A DNA stretch of 64,000 nt from an uncultured bacterium (GTDB taxonomy: Bacteria; Zixibacteria; MSB-5A5; UBA10806). Under the pieces are notes generated by a model. The model did no database searches, was not told the origin of the DNA, and saw only the letters and a list, made by a program, of their open reading frames with translations. The position numbers were made by a program, and so were the translations under genes. The DNA is taken from NCBI GenBank assembly GCA_965541585.1, contig CBEUCH010000001.1, positions 192,001 to 256,000 on the forward strand, written 5' to 3'. Positions 54,563 to 64,000 of the stretch are shown in pieces. Numbering within the stretch: the first letter of the stretch is position 1; every line of letters begins with the position of its first letter.

Positions 54563-57055
54563 ATGAGAAATATTGCCATTATATTCAGAAGGGAGTTTTC
54601 GTCATACTTCAATTCTCCCATAGCCTACATATTCATAGTCGCCATCCTGGCGATTTGCTCGGGTTTTTACATGTTTTTCCTTTTCTTCCAGGTCGGGCTG
54701 GCCGAGATGCGAGATTTCTTCTCCATCAACTCCTGGTTAATGCTCTTTTTCCTGCCGGCAATTTCGATGAGGCTATGGGCCGAGGAGCAGAAGACCAGTT
54801 CGATAGCCCTGCTGCAATCTCTGCCGATGAGATCATATGAGTTGGTCTTGGGGAAATTTCTGGCAGGACTGGGATTCTATACGCTATATCTTCTGGGCAC
54901 TCTGCCCATTCCTATTGCCATATCATTCCTGGGGAATCCGGATACTGGTCCCGTTATAGGCGGATATCTGGGGCTCTTCTTCCTGGGGGGTCTGTATTTA
55001 TCGATCGGCCTGTTCTTCTCCGGGCTTTTCAAAGACCAGATAACAGCCTGGGTATTGGCGGTCATCGGATGTCTGGCATTGCATTTTCTGGGCTGGCTGC
55101 CGGTGGCAGCCCAACTGGATTCCTGGCTGGGAGGAGCGGGGACGTTTTTACAGAGGTCGGTTGGCTCTGTAGGGCATTTCGAAAATATGTATAAGGGCAT
55201 CGTCAGCGTCAACGATATCGTCTATTTTCTGTCATACGTGGCTGCCTTTCTATTCTTGAATGCGCTGACGGTTGAGCAGAGAATGAGACGGCAGGCCGAC
55301 CTGACCTTCACAGGTGTCGCCATCGCCACGATCGCGGTTGCGGCTGTACTCAACCTGGTGGTCTTCCGGCTTCCACTTGGAAGGGTGGATACAACTGAAG
55401 GCAAACTCTACACGGTAAGTGAATCGGCCAGAAATATCCTCACGAATCTCAAGACCACCGCAACGGTTCGCTATTATGTTACTCCCGAGGAAAAAATGCC
55501 TCCCGGGATGAAGGATATTCAGCGTAATGTAACCGATAAATTGTCCGAGTTCGCGCAGATCTCCGGAAATCTCAAATACGAGGTGATCGATCCCACCGGT
55601 GATGAAGAGCTGGCACAATCGCTGTCGGAGAGGGGGATTTCCCCGTTCACTTTAAGGACGACGGAAAGAGACGCCATAGGGATCAAGAAAGTCTACTCAT
55701 CTCTGGTCATATCGTATCTGGACAAGCCGGATGAGATAATTCCTCAGGTTTTACCCGGCAGCCTGCCGACGCTGGAATACGATATCTGTTCCCGGGTATT
55801 CAGGCTCGACCAGGGCGAACCGCCTGGCGTGGCGGTGATTGCACCGTATGAGCCTGTCGATCCTCGCTATAATGATCCCCGGATGAGACAGATCATGATG
55901 CAGATGGGTCAGGATATCCCCGATAAGCAGGATCGATTCACCAATTTGACCAACAATCTCCGGCAGCTTGGCTATAACGTCTCCAGGATCGTATTGTCGT
56001 CTGAAGAAACCCTGCCTGATGATGTAAAAACCTTGATTGTCCTCGATCCCAAAGGTCTTTCGGAAAGGCAGAAATACGAGATTGCCAAGGCGCTCTACTC
56101 CGGTAAGGATGTTATCATGGGCGCTCAGATGTATAAATACAACTACAACCCCGGTCGCGGCGGCAACGTTATGGTGATGCCCGCCAAGGTCGATCCCGGG
56201 GTCAACGGTTTATTGACCAACTACGGGATCTCGCTCGATGATAAGATGTTGATGGACGAGCAAAGTCAAATCGTCAGCATTCAAACCCAGGGCCCCGTAC
56301 TCGGTGGCTTTTTATCTATGCCCGTCTCGCTCGATGTCCAGTCTCCGGTGCAGGTCAGGATCTCCCCCGATAATATGAATCAGGATTTAGCCTTCACAGC
56401 CAATCTTGGCCCCATGGTCTACCTCTGGGGATCGCGTCTGGTGGTCGATTCATCGAGGATTGAAGAGTTGGGGCTTGATTTGACCACGCTGTTTACTTCA
56501 AGTTCCAATACTTGGGAGATGGAATACACGGGTGCGCCATTAACTGCTGAAAACACCAGGCCGATGAAAGAGAATATGATCGGGCGTCAATCCCTCGGGG
56601 TGCTATTGTCAGGGCAATTTCCGAATCCCTATGAGAACCAAACACCTCCGGGATGGCAGGATGTCTCGGATACCGCTCAGGTTTCGGAGGATGTCGAGAT
56701 CCTGTCCGCCGCTCCGGCCAGGCTGATGTTCATTGGATCCAGCGAAATCTTCGCCGATCAGTTTATTCCGGAACCGAGATCTCGTCGTCAAAGACCATCG
56801 CATGCGGAACTTATCTTCAAGGCGGTGGAAGGATTTACCTTGAGCGAGGATCTGCTGCATATCAGAAGCAAAGCGATTCAGGTGCGTTTTCTGGAGGAGA
56901 CATCGTCGATAGCCAAAGATATGTGGAGAGTATTTACAATATTAATGGTTCCCGTCATCATAATAGCGTTTGGAATCATCAGGATGAAGACGAGGCGAGA
57001 CAGGCGTAAGGCGTATATCAGACTGTTAGAGCAAACCGGCGGAGGGATTGCATGA
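54563..57055 (+). CDS. GldF-like ABC-2 permease fused to GldG-like periplasmic subunit
   Basis: RE.SSYFNSPIAY, PAISMRLWAEE, LVLGKFL; then D.T..K.YT.S..AR.IL..L, LEYDI, LRQLGY.V, C-terminal TM; SD AGGAGG. Confidence 0.85.
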   Translation: MRNIAIIFRREFSSYFNSPIAYIFIVAILAICSGFYMFFLFFQVGLAEMRDFFSINSWLMLFFLPAISMRLWAEEQKTSSIALLQSLPMRSYELVLGKFLAGLGFYTLYLLGTLPIPIAISFLGNPDTGPVIGGYLGLFFLGGLYLSIGLFFSGLFKDQITAWVLAVIGCLALHFLGWLPVAAQLDSWLGGAGTFLQRSVGSVGHFENMYKGIVSVNDIVYFLSYVAAFLFLNALTVEQRMRRQADLTFTGVAIATIAVAAVLNLVVFRLPLGRVDTTEGKLYTVSESARNILTNLKTTATVRYYVTPEEKMPPGMKDIQRNVTDKLSEFAQISGNLKYEVIDPTGDEELAQSLSERGISPFTLRTTERDAIGIKKVYSSLVISYLDKPDEIIPQVLPGSLPTLEYDICSRVFRLDQGEPPGVAVIAPYEPVDPRYNDPRMRQIMMQMGQDIPDKQDRFTNLTNNLRQLGYNVSRIVLSSEETLPDDVKTLIVLDPKGLSERQKYEIAKALYSGKDVIMGAQMYKYNYNPGRGGNVMVMPAKVDPGVNGLLTNYGISLDDKMLMDEQSQIVSIQTQGPVLGGFLSMPVSLDVQSPVQVRISPDNMNQDLAFTANLGPMVYLWGSRLVVDSSRIEELGLDLTTLFTSSSNTWEMEYTGAPLTAENTRPMKENMIGRQSLGVLLSGQFPNPYENQTPPGWQDVSDTAQVSEDVEILSAAPARLMFIGSSEIFADQFIPEPRSRRQRPSHAELIFKAVEGFTLSEDLLHIRSKAIQVRFLEETSSIAKDMWRVFTILMVPVIIIAFGIIRMKTRRDRRKAYIRLLEQTGGGIA

Positions 57056-58047
57056 ATAAGAAAATGATCTATACTCTATTCGTTGTCCTGGTGGCTTTGA
57101 TAGTCATCTCTTATGCTCTGAAGGGCCTGGACCAGGCCACTCGGTCGCCTGAGAGTTTCAATGAACTTCAAATAGATTTTAGTCCGGACGAGGTGGCGAG
57201 GATCGATGTCTTCAAGCAGGATTATCCTGACTCGGGTCTTCATTTTGCCAAACATGAATCGGGATGGGTTGTGGTCAACGCCTACAATTCGCCCGCCAAA
57301 GAAAAGGATATCGAGAAACTATTTACCGATCTTACAGAGGTGAGGGGCTCGGTCAGGGGAGAATCTGCGGATCTATACGAGGAATTTGAAATTACAGACG
57401 ATAAAGCTCTGCAGATCGAGCTTTTCGATTCCGACGATTCCAGGCTCGCGCATCTGTATGTTGGTAAAGGCTCCGGGGGCCGGGATTGTTTCATGCGGCT
57501 GGCAGAGCTGCCTGTCGTCTACCTGGCGGATGAAAACTTTATTTCACGTTTTGCGGCCTGGAACGCAGAGCCGGAGAAAAAGCTGCCGACGGATCGCTGG
57601 CTGCAATTGACATTGTGCGATATCGATCGCAACGCCATGACATCGTTTACGATCAGTAAGAAAAAGACGGAATATGAGTTTTCACTTGTCGAGGAGCCGT
57701 CCGAGGATACGCTAACGCCCCCAATAAAAGCCTGGAAACAGATCTCACCCAAGAAGGGAATAAAGCTGGAGGACAGCAAGATCAAAAGCCTCTCTTCCGG
57801 CCTGGCCGGTCTCAGGGCTTCGGATGTTGTCGATCCCTCCGAAAAAAGCAAATATGGCCTTGATAAGCCTGCTTTCATCCTCCGGGCCGGCGATGATCAG
57901 GGGAGTTCCGTTCAAGTTGATTTCGGCAGCCAGATTGATGATAGCGAAGATCGTTACGCCGCTGTGACGGGGCGGGAATCGGTATACAAGGTCAGCAAAT
58001 CGACATTCGAACGGTTTTTTGTACAGCCGTTTGAGAAAGGGGAGTAG
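57052..58047 (+). CDS. DUF4340-domain protein
   Basis: N-terminal anchor, W.V.....PA....I..L...L, YGLDKP, V.FG...Y.....VYKV; ATGA overlap; usual position after gldAFG-like genes. Confidence 0.8.
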   Translation: MNKKMIYTLFVVLVALIVISYALKGLDQATRSPESFNELQIDFSPDEVARIDVFKQDYPDSGLHFAKHESGWVVVNAYNSPAKEKDIEKLFTDLTEVRGSVRGESADLYEEFEITDDKALQIELFDSDDSRLAHLYVGKGSGGRDCFMRLAELPVVYLADENFISRFAAWNAEPEKKLPTDRWLQLTLCDIDRNAMTSFTISKKKTEYEFSLVEEPSEDTLTPPIKAWKQISPKKGIKLEDSKIKSLSSGLAGLRASDVVDPSEKSKYGLDKPAFILRAGDDQGSSVQVDFGSQIDDSEDRYAAVTGRESVYKVSKSTFERFFVQPFEKGE

Positions 58048-58338
58048 TCTTTTAGGCAATATATTCCTTATATCGCCGGATTCTTGCGCCAGTTAGAAGA
58101 TCCAGGCAACTGAAGATAACAGACACTAACCTGCATTAGTACCAAAACCTACGAGGAATCCAGTGTCTGTTGCCAAGGCTAATCTGTTAGAATTACATAA
58201 GAAAGCCTGAATATTTCGTTGGATATCCCGATCAAAGACAAAAGCTTACGACATTTTCTCAATCTATAGATTTTGGGACACCTGTAACCAATTCATTGTT
58301 AATAACTTAAGCCGGACGATCTATTTACGATCAAAGGC

Positions 58339-58368
58339 TTGACTCTATTTGATCTTTCTGCATATATT
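58339..58368 (+). promoter_or_regulatory. sigma-70-type promoter
   Basis: TTGACT-18 nt-TATATT upstream of SD AAGGGAG and ATG 58406. Confidence 0.5.
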
Positions 58369-58405
58369 ACTGTTGAAATAGTTAAATTTATTTAAGGGAG
58401 ACAGA

Positions 58406-59857
58406 ATGAGGAAGATATCCTTAGAGCAGATTATCGAGAGGTTAAAACAAGAGAATCCCTGGTGGAAAGCGCCCTATTCTCTTCCAGCCGCATACAAGAG
58501 ATGGGCGCCCAGACCTTATTTAGACCTATTGGCCCCACTGGTAGAGCAAACTAGTATACAGCGTGCTATTGTCTTGATGGGGCCCAGAAGAGTTGGCAAA
58601 ACGGTAATGATTCACCATCTTATCGACCGCCTATTAGAAGCTGGAGTTCAGTCAAAGAACATTTGCTACCTCTCAGTGGACCATCCTATTTACAATGGAT
58701 TATCATTAGAAGAATTTGTCAGGTTTTATGAAAAGGCGGCATCTATCGATATTGAGCGAGATTCATGCTACGTTTTTTTCGACGAGATACAATACCTTAA
58801 GGAGTGGGAAAAGCATCTCAAATCTCTTACGGATTCGTACCCAAACTTGAAGTTTCTCGCGTCAGGATCGGCCGCGGCGGCTCTTAAGCTACAGAGTGTC
58901 GAATCCGGAGCAGGGCGTTTCACCGATTTTCTGTTGCCGCCATTGACATTTCATGAGTACTTATTCTTATTAGAAAAAGATGATCTCATTCGAATCGATG
59001 ATCTCATTCAAGTTGAAGAAAGAGACCGCCATTTAGAATTCAAAGCCAATGACATTTCCTCCTTGAATGCCCACTTTATCGATTACCTTAATTTCGGAGG
59101 GTATCCTGAGGTGGTTTTCAGTGAGGAAATCAGGTCTGATCCGGGACGATTTATAAAGAACGACATTATAGATAAGGTTCTTCTACGGGATCTCCCGCAA
59201 CTCTATGGGATTCACGATATACAAGAATTGAATTCCTTATTTACGAGTCTCGCGTTTAATACGGCAGGAGAAATTTCGCTTGAGGAGCTCTCGCAAAACT
59301 CGGGAGTTGTCAAGAATACGATCAAAAAGTATATAGAGTATTTCGAGGCGGCTTTCCTGGTTAAAATCGTGCATAGAATAGACCGGTCGGCAAAGCGATT
59401 CAGAAGAGCTAATTTCTTCAAAATATATCTCACTAATCCTTCTATGCGAGCAGCGCTCTTCAGTCCCGTCTCCAGTGATGATTCGGCAATGGGGTCTCTT
59501 GTTGAAACGGGGGTCTTTTCACAATGGTTCCACTCAGATACACTTTTATTCTACGCACGATGGAAAGGGGGCGAAGTAGATATTGTATCGCTCGACAAGA
59601 AAATGAAGCCTGGGTGGGCAATCGAGGTAAAATGGTCGGATAGGTATTATGAACACGCGGGAGAACTCAAATCTATGGGGCATTTCTGTCGTACTCATAA
59701 TCTACCGATAGTATTTGTTACTACCAAAACAATAAGAAACTACAGGATAATTGGAAATACGACTTTTGAGTATTACCCGGCGAGTCTTTATTGCTACCTG
59801 CTCGGTTACAATATTATCAAAGGTAAAAGAACGACGATGCGTTCTAATGATCTGTGA
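58406..59857 (+). CDS. AAA_14-family ATPase with DUF4143-like C-terminal PD-(D/E)xK-like domain
   Basis: NPWW, GPRRVGKT, FFDEIQY..W...LK, SGS, ESGAGR, FGGYPE, G.LVET, GEVDIV...IEVKW; lower GC. Confidence 0.88.
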   Translation: MRKISLEQIIERLKQENPWWKAPYSLPAAYKRWAPRPYLDLLAPLVEQTSIQRAIVLMGPRRVGKTVMIHHLIDRLLEAGVQSKNICYLSVDHPIYNGLSLEEFVRFYEKAASIDIERDSCYVFFDEIQYLKEWEKHLKSLTDSYPNLKFLASGSAAAALKLQSVESGAGRFTDFLLPPLTFHEYLFLLEKDDLIRIDDLIQVEERDRHLEFKANDISSLNAHFIDYLNFGGYPEVVFSEEIRSDPGRFIKNDIIDKVLLRDLPQLYGIHDIQELNSLFTSLAFNTAGEISLEELSQNSGVVKNTIKKYIEYFEAAFLVKIVHRIDRSAKRFRRANFFKIYLTNPSMRAALFSPVSSDDSAMGSLVETGVFSQWFHSDTLLFYARWKGGEVDIVSLDKKMKPGWAIEVKWSDRYYEHAGELKSMGHFCRTHNLPIVFVTTKTIRNYRIIGNTTFEYYPASLYCYLLGYNIIKGKRTTMRSNDL

Positions 59858-60010
59858 TCTCATTTCCGATGTCGAAGGTAGCGGAGTTGCTAAAAGTAGG
59901 AAAGGGATATGAACCGTTTAGTCCGCGGCTGAAGTTACGAGCCCGGCGGTTTTCCACTTTCGCGTTGATTAAATTGCATGCGCTAAATATCAAAATTGAG
60001 AAAATGATCT

Positions 60011-61012
60011 ATGAGAATTAACGATCTCGGCGAGTTCGGATTTATCGACCGGATCAGGGAGGGTTGCCTTGTCAGGTCGGAGGGGATCATCAAGGCCATC
60101 GGCGATGATTGCGCGGTTATAAAATCACCTGACGGATCGGCAATTCTTCTTACGACGGATATGTTAGTGGAGGGCGTTCATTTCCAGCGTCAATATATGT
60201 CTCCGTTTTTGTTAGGGCGAAAATCTCTGGCTGTGAATATATCCGATATAGCTGCCATGGGGGGAATTCCGAAAGAGGCTCTAATCGCAATAGCCATACC
60301 TGAGGAAACTGAAATTGAGTTTCTCGACGGGCTTTATGACGGTATTAAATCGATAGCCGCAGAATACGATATCAACCTGTTGGGAGGCGATACAGTATCC
60401 TCGCCGAAGAACCTGGTGATCAGCATAACGCTAATAGGAGAAGCGCCGGAGGATGAGGTCTTATACAGATCCGGCGCAGCTATTGGCGATGTGATATTTT
60501 TAACAGGGGCCGTCGGTTCTTCCGCTGCTGGGCTGGATATCGCAGTCGAGAAGAGGCCGTTCGATAAAAAAGATCTATTGCCGGCCGCCCATTTTGATCC
60601 TGTTCCTCATATCAAAGCAGGACGGATTATAGCCGCCTCGAAGATCGCAAATTCCCTGATCGATGTTTCCGACGGGGTGTCTTCGGATCTGAGACATATA
60701 TGTGAAGAATCAGGCGTAGGCGCGATCATAGAATTCGATAAGGTGCCGTTGACCGGGCCGTTTCGCGAGTATTGTGAAAAATACGGTCTCGCTCTGGAGG
60801 AGCTTGCCCTTCATGGCGGGGAGGATTACGTTCTTCTGGGAACAGTGCCTGAGAAATCGGTCGGGACTCTCGAAGAAACGTTAAAATCTCAAGACTGCAG
60901 TTTTTCCCCCATCGGCAGGATTACTGAAGAAAAGGGGATAAGGGTGCAGTATGATGACGGTCGTATTCAAGAGATCGATGATTCCGGTTTCGATCATTTT
61001 CCAAACTGCTGA
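60011..61012 (+). CDS. thiL: thiamine-monophosphate kinase
   Basis: GEFGFI, IGDDCAV, TTDMLVEGVHF, NISDIAAMGG.P, GGDT, IDVSDG..SDL.HI...S, GGEDY.L. Confidence 0.95.
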   Translation: MRINDLGEFGFIDRIREGCLVRSEGIIKAIGDDCAVIKSPDGSAILLTTDMLVEGVHFQRQYMSPFLLGRKSLAVNISDIAAMGGIPKEALIAIAIPEETEIEFLDGLYDGIKSIAAEYDINLLGGDTVSSPKNLVISITLIGEAPEDEVLYRSGAAIGDVIFLTGAVGSSAAGLDIAVEKRPFDKKDLLPAAHFDPVPHIKAGRIIAASKIANSLIDVSDGVSSDLRHICEESGVGAIIEFDKVPLTGPFREYCEKYGLALEELALHGGEDYVLLGTVPEKSVGTLEETLKSQDCSFSPIGRITEEKGIRVQYDDGRIQEIDDSGFDHFPNC

Positions 61013-61106
61013 TCGCAGATATCGGAAACCACTAATAATTACATAAGTTTTCATATTTTATATTAGTTCTTGACTGAAGCACAAAATTTCTCATAGAGAT
61101 AGAGTT

Positions 61107-62342
61107 ATGCGCAGTCTATTGCTGGCGATTGCCGTTCTTATTTCCTGTCCTGCCTTGGCGGCGGTGATTCATGTAGATGATTTCGGCGATGGAGTTCAAG
61201 GTTCCGGAAGCTCGATAAACCCTTACCGCGATCTTCAAAGAGCAATCGATTCCGCTGCCAGCGGCGATACAGTGATCATAGCCCCCGGACGATACATCTC
61301 AAAACCTTATGCATTCCCCGAAACCCTATGCGGCAATTGCCAGGAGCATAAAACGGATGTGGATGCCAGTCGAGGATTCCTTATCGAGGGGAAAGGGTTG
61401 ACCATAACCGGCGCCGGAGCGGATTCCACCATACTTGTGACCAATGCGGGATACGGGGTATTGTTTTTGCATAGCTATGACTCGGAAATCAGCAATCTAC
61501 AGATAACCGGCGGCGTGCGTGATCTCGACGGTGCCGCCACCGATGCCGCGGTGGTTGTTAAATGGGGACGTGTAACGGTTCGGAATTGTCTTATCGCCGA
61601 TAACACCAATCGCCCCGATTCGGTGGTAGTAGGTATTGGCGGTGTCATGGGCAGGGAGGGGGCGGAGCTTTTTATCCTGAATAACAGGATAGAAAACAAT
61701 ACCTGGGATGGGGTGGCTTTGTATCGCGGAGCCACCGCTTATATCGCAGATAATATAATAAACGGCGGCCGGGGAGCCGGGATCGGGATAACGTGGGACG
61801 CCACTGCCACAGTAATCCGGAATCGTATCTCGAATTATTGGAAAGGGATCGGCTCGTTCGGTGATACGAGGGTAATATGCGCGAACAACGCCGTCTTCGA
61901 CAATCTCGGCTGGGGTATTATCGTTACCGGGACGTCCTATATGGACGCCACCAACAACGTGGTTTATCATAACGGCAACTGCGGCATGGCGATCTGGTCT
62001 GACGAATGCAGCGGGCGATTTTCCAACAATATAGTTGTCGAAAACGGATGGAGGGAGGAGTGGGTATGCCCCTGCGTAGGTATCTGGAACTACGGCAGCC
62101 TGTTCAATTTTGATGTTTCATACAACGACGTCTGGGACAACGCAGCTGGAGAATACGGCGATATGCCCGACTATACTGAAAGAAATGGAAACTCAAGCGT
62201 TGATCCTGTGTTTATAGATACTGATGATTTTATTCTCTCGCCGGATTCGCCGTTGATAGATAAAGGAAACCCGCTTTTAACCGATCCGAATGGCTCGCCA
62301 TCGGATATGGGATTATACGGCGGGCCGAAGGCAAAGTGGTAA
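61107..62342 (+). CDS. secreted right-handed parallel beta-helix protein
   Basis: Signal peptide, GS..NPY..LQ.AID.A..GDTVI.APG.Y, repeated NN.I..N..GI, DP.F.....L...SP.ID.G.P, SDMG.YGGP. Confidence 0.85.
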   Translation: MRSLLLAIAVLISCPALAAVIHVDDFGDGVQGSGSSINPYRDLQRAIDSAASGDTVIIAPGRYISKPYAFPETLCGNCQEHKTDVDASRGFLIEGKGLTITGAGADSTILVTNAGYGVLFLHSYDSEISNLQITGGVRDLDGAATDAAVVVKWGRVTVRNCLIADNTNRPDSVVVGIGGVMGREGAELFILNNRIENNTWDGVALYRGATAYIADNIINGGRGAGIGITWDATATVIRNRISNYWKGIGSFGDTRVICANNAVFDNLGWGIIVTGTSYMDATNNVVYHNGNCGMAIWSDECSGRFSNNIVVENGWREEWVCPCVGIWNYGSLFNFDVSYNDVWDNAAGEYGDMPDYTERNGNSSVDPVFIDTDDFILSPDSPLIDKGNPLLTDPNGSPSDMGLYGGPKAKW

Positions 62343-62396
62343 TCTTCCGGCGGGGAAACCAATGACCAGGATAAGTTCTATCTACCCGGAGGTATA

Positions 62397-63191
62397 ATGG
62401 AAACAAGTTGGCTTGAGAGAGTATTTCTATCGATTGCCGGCTCCAATCCGATCTGGCAGGGACTTGTCGGCGGACTCATAATTACCCTGTTCAATACGGT
62501 AGGCGCTCTTGCCGTGCTTGTCTGGCGAAAGCCGTCGGAGAAGTTTCTGGACGCCGCTTTAGGTTTCGCTGCCGGCATTATGTTAACCGCCAGCTTCACC
62601 AGCCTGATTCTACCGGGTATCGATTACGGTGGGGTCTGGCCGGTGATAATCGGCATGGCCCTGGGGGTCATTTTCCTGGATCTCGCGGATCATATCATTC
62701 CTCACCTGCACGCTGTCAAGGGGCATGAGGGGCCGACGTCGAAAAGGATCAGGGGGGTCTGGCTTTTCATAATCGCTATCACTCTTCACAACGCCCCCGA
62801 GGGATTGGCGGTGGGAGTCGGCTTCGGTTCCGGCGATATATCTAACGCGTTAAAGCTGATGCTCGCCATCGGCATTCAAAATATTCCGGAAGGATTGGCG
62901 GTGGCAATCGCGTCTTTGAGTATTGGAATGGGTACCTATTTTTACGCGAGCCTCGTAGGGATAAGGGCCGGATTGGTGGAGATACCGTTGGCTTTATTCG
63001 GCGCCTGGGCTGTCTCCATGGCCGCACCGATTTTACCCTACGCCATGGGATTCGCGGCCGGCGCCATGCTGTATGTCATCAGCGACGAGATTGTGCCCGA
63101 AACGCACCGCAAGGGGCATGAACGGCTGGCCACCATCGGTACAATGATCGGCGTGGTGGTGATGCTTTATCTGGATGTGACGCTGGGGTAG
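62397..63191 (+). CDS. ZIP-family (ZupT/GufA-like) metal transporter
   Basis: LGFAAGIML.AS, AITLHNAPEGLAVGV, IGIQNIPEGLAV, FAAGAMLYV..DEI.PE. Confidence 0.92.
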   Translation: METSWLERVFLSIAGSNPIWQGLVGGLIITLFNTVGALAVLVWRKPSEKFLDAALGFAAGIMLTASFTSLILPGIDYGGVWPVIIGMALGVIFLDLADHIIPHLHAVKGHEGPTSKRIRGVWLFIIAITLHNAPEGLAVGVGFGSGDISNALKLMLAIGIQNIPEGLAVAIASLSIGMGTYFYASLVGIRAGLVEIPLALFGAWAVSMAAPILPYAMGFAAGAMLYVISDEIVPETHRKGHERLATIGTMIGVVVMLYLDVTLG

Positions 63192-63203
63192 GATAATCTT
63201 GGA

Positions 63204-63261
63204 GTAGGTCAAAACCCCTGTGGTTTTGAAGGAATAACAATTGGTCATGGCAAGCCATGAC
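63204..63261. repeat. GTAG-type REP-like doublet
   Basis: GTAGG-TCAAAACC-cctgt-GGTTTTGA (63204-63229) followed by GTCATGGC-aa-GCCATGAC (63244-63261). Confidence 0.5.
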
Positions 63262-63356
63262 TCGCGGAATAAAATGCTTGAAATTGAATATCGTCAAATG
63301 ATACTATTGCTTGAATGCAGATCTTAGAACTTGACGGCGATGATTGATTTATCTTG

Positions 63357-63953
63357 ATGGAGATAATCTTGTTCTTTAAGAAATCTGAAAAAAACATAGG
63401 GGCTTTTTCCAAAGAGCTTTTTCGATCTGCCGAACACGCGACAAAACTTTATTTTACTCCTATTATCGACCATATTCCGAAAAAATCTGAAGAAATCAAA
63501 GTAGACCGTTCGGTGTTTGTTGGTGTTCTATTTGAATTCATTTGCTTTCTGGTATATACTGCCAACGTCGCTCTATTGGGCAGACTAGAAAAAGAACGAT
63601 CCGACCAAATTATAAAGGAAATCTTGGGCAATTGTATAAGCTTTATAGATAAAGAGATTATTTCCGACTGGCCCCCAAATAAAAGAAAAGAGTTCCCCAA
63701 AATTTTGTTGCTCAATTATGGGAAGAGAGCATCTGAATATACAGAATCTGATAGAAAATATTTTGAAGAGAAAGATAACAGCGTTACTGCTAATTACATA
63801 TATCTTTTCGCGAAAGAGGTAGCGAGAATATCTGGTCGTGGCGATAATCTCAAAGCTATCTTAGAGGCGAGTGCGTTAGCTAATAGCATATCGCAATCAG
63901 AATATCCTTTCAAGAAGTTCCGCATTCCGTCTTTTGTAAAATCTATCAAATAA
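63357..63953 (+). CDS. hypothetical protein, low GC
   Basis: 198-codon ORF in AT-rich sequence; no motif recognised. Confidence 0.65.
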   Translation: MEIILFFKKSEKNIGAFSKELFRSAEHATKLYFTPIIDHIPKKSEEIKVDRSVFVGVLFEFICFLVYTANVALLGRLEKERSDQIIKEILGNCISFIDKEIISDWPPNKRKEFPKILLLNYGKRASEYTESDRKYFEEKDNSVTANYIYLFAKEVARISGRGDNLKAILEASALANSISQSEYPFKKFRIPSFVKSIK

Positions 63954-64000
63954 TTAATTTCCTTATCGCAAAGCTGCATAGCTATACGTCCTGCGCCAAA

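Noticed and set aside
58124..58192. attC-like CTAAC...GTTAG site
   Set aside because: R boxes do not fit RYYYAAC/GTTRRRY, R-L spacers are non-canonical, and there is no integrase or second site
5351..62599. Numerous 60-260 aa ORFs nested in or antisense to recognised genes
   Set aside because: They overlap well-supported CDSs and show no motifs
1..64000. rRNA, tRNA, intact transposase/integrase, prophage or selenocysteine read-through
   Set aside because: None recognised by eye; tRNAscan-SE and Rfam scans would be needed to exclude small RNAs fully

Overview
This is a gene-dense bacterial window, almost entirely on the + strand. Housekeeping blocks are hisS-aspS-phoH-7TM/HD-ybeY-corC, rpsT/murJ/GT9, rpmE-DUF1385-prfA...prmC and thiL. 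Between them lies a ~22 kb run of secreted proteins: two S8 proteases, an M6 metalloprotease, a dockerin/cohesin-like protein and a beta-propeller, among others. Six of these end in the same NYPNPFN...SGxYFYRL...MxLLK sorting-type C-terminal domain, which suggests an FCB-related lineage such as Zixibacteria (inference only). The most striking locus is at 648-3345. A GAF-AAA+ sigma-54 activator is followed by two TGCGAC-N6-GTCGCA palindromes and a canonical -24/-12 promoter. These sit in front of a two-gene unit: a GxxExxY nuclease-fold protein lacking its catalytic residues, and a 62-aa protamine/H1-like protein (42/62 K/R), closed by a terminator. A second H1-like tail is fused to a SWIB domain at 12.8-13.3 kb. 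Together these suggest a regulated nucleoid-condensation system. Closely related -24/-12 motifs, an IHF site and a shared 22-bp upstream element precede four of the secreted-protein genes. Other items: a cobalamin riboswitch with btuB-like and btuG-like genes, a TldD/E cassette splitting prfA from prmC, an AspRS with an atypical active site, a Gld-type ABC system and GTAG-type REP palindromes. No rRNA, tRNA, CRISPR array or intact transposase was seen. All family calls are by motif recognition, without database searches.
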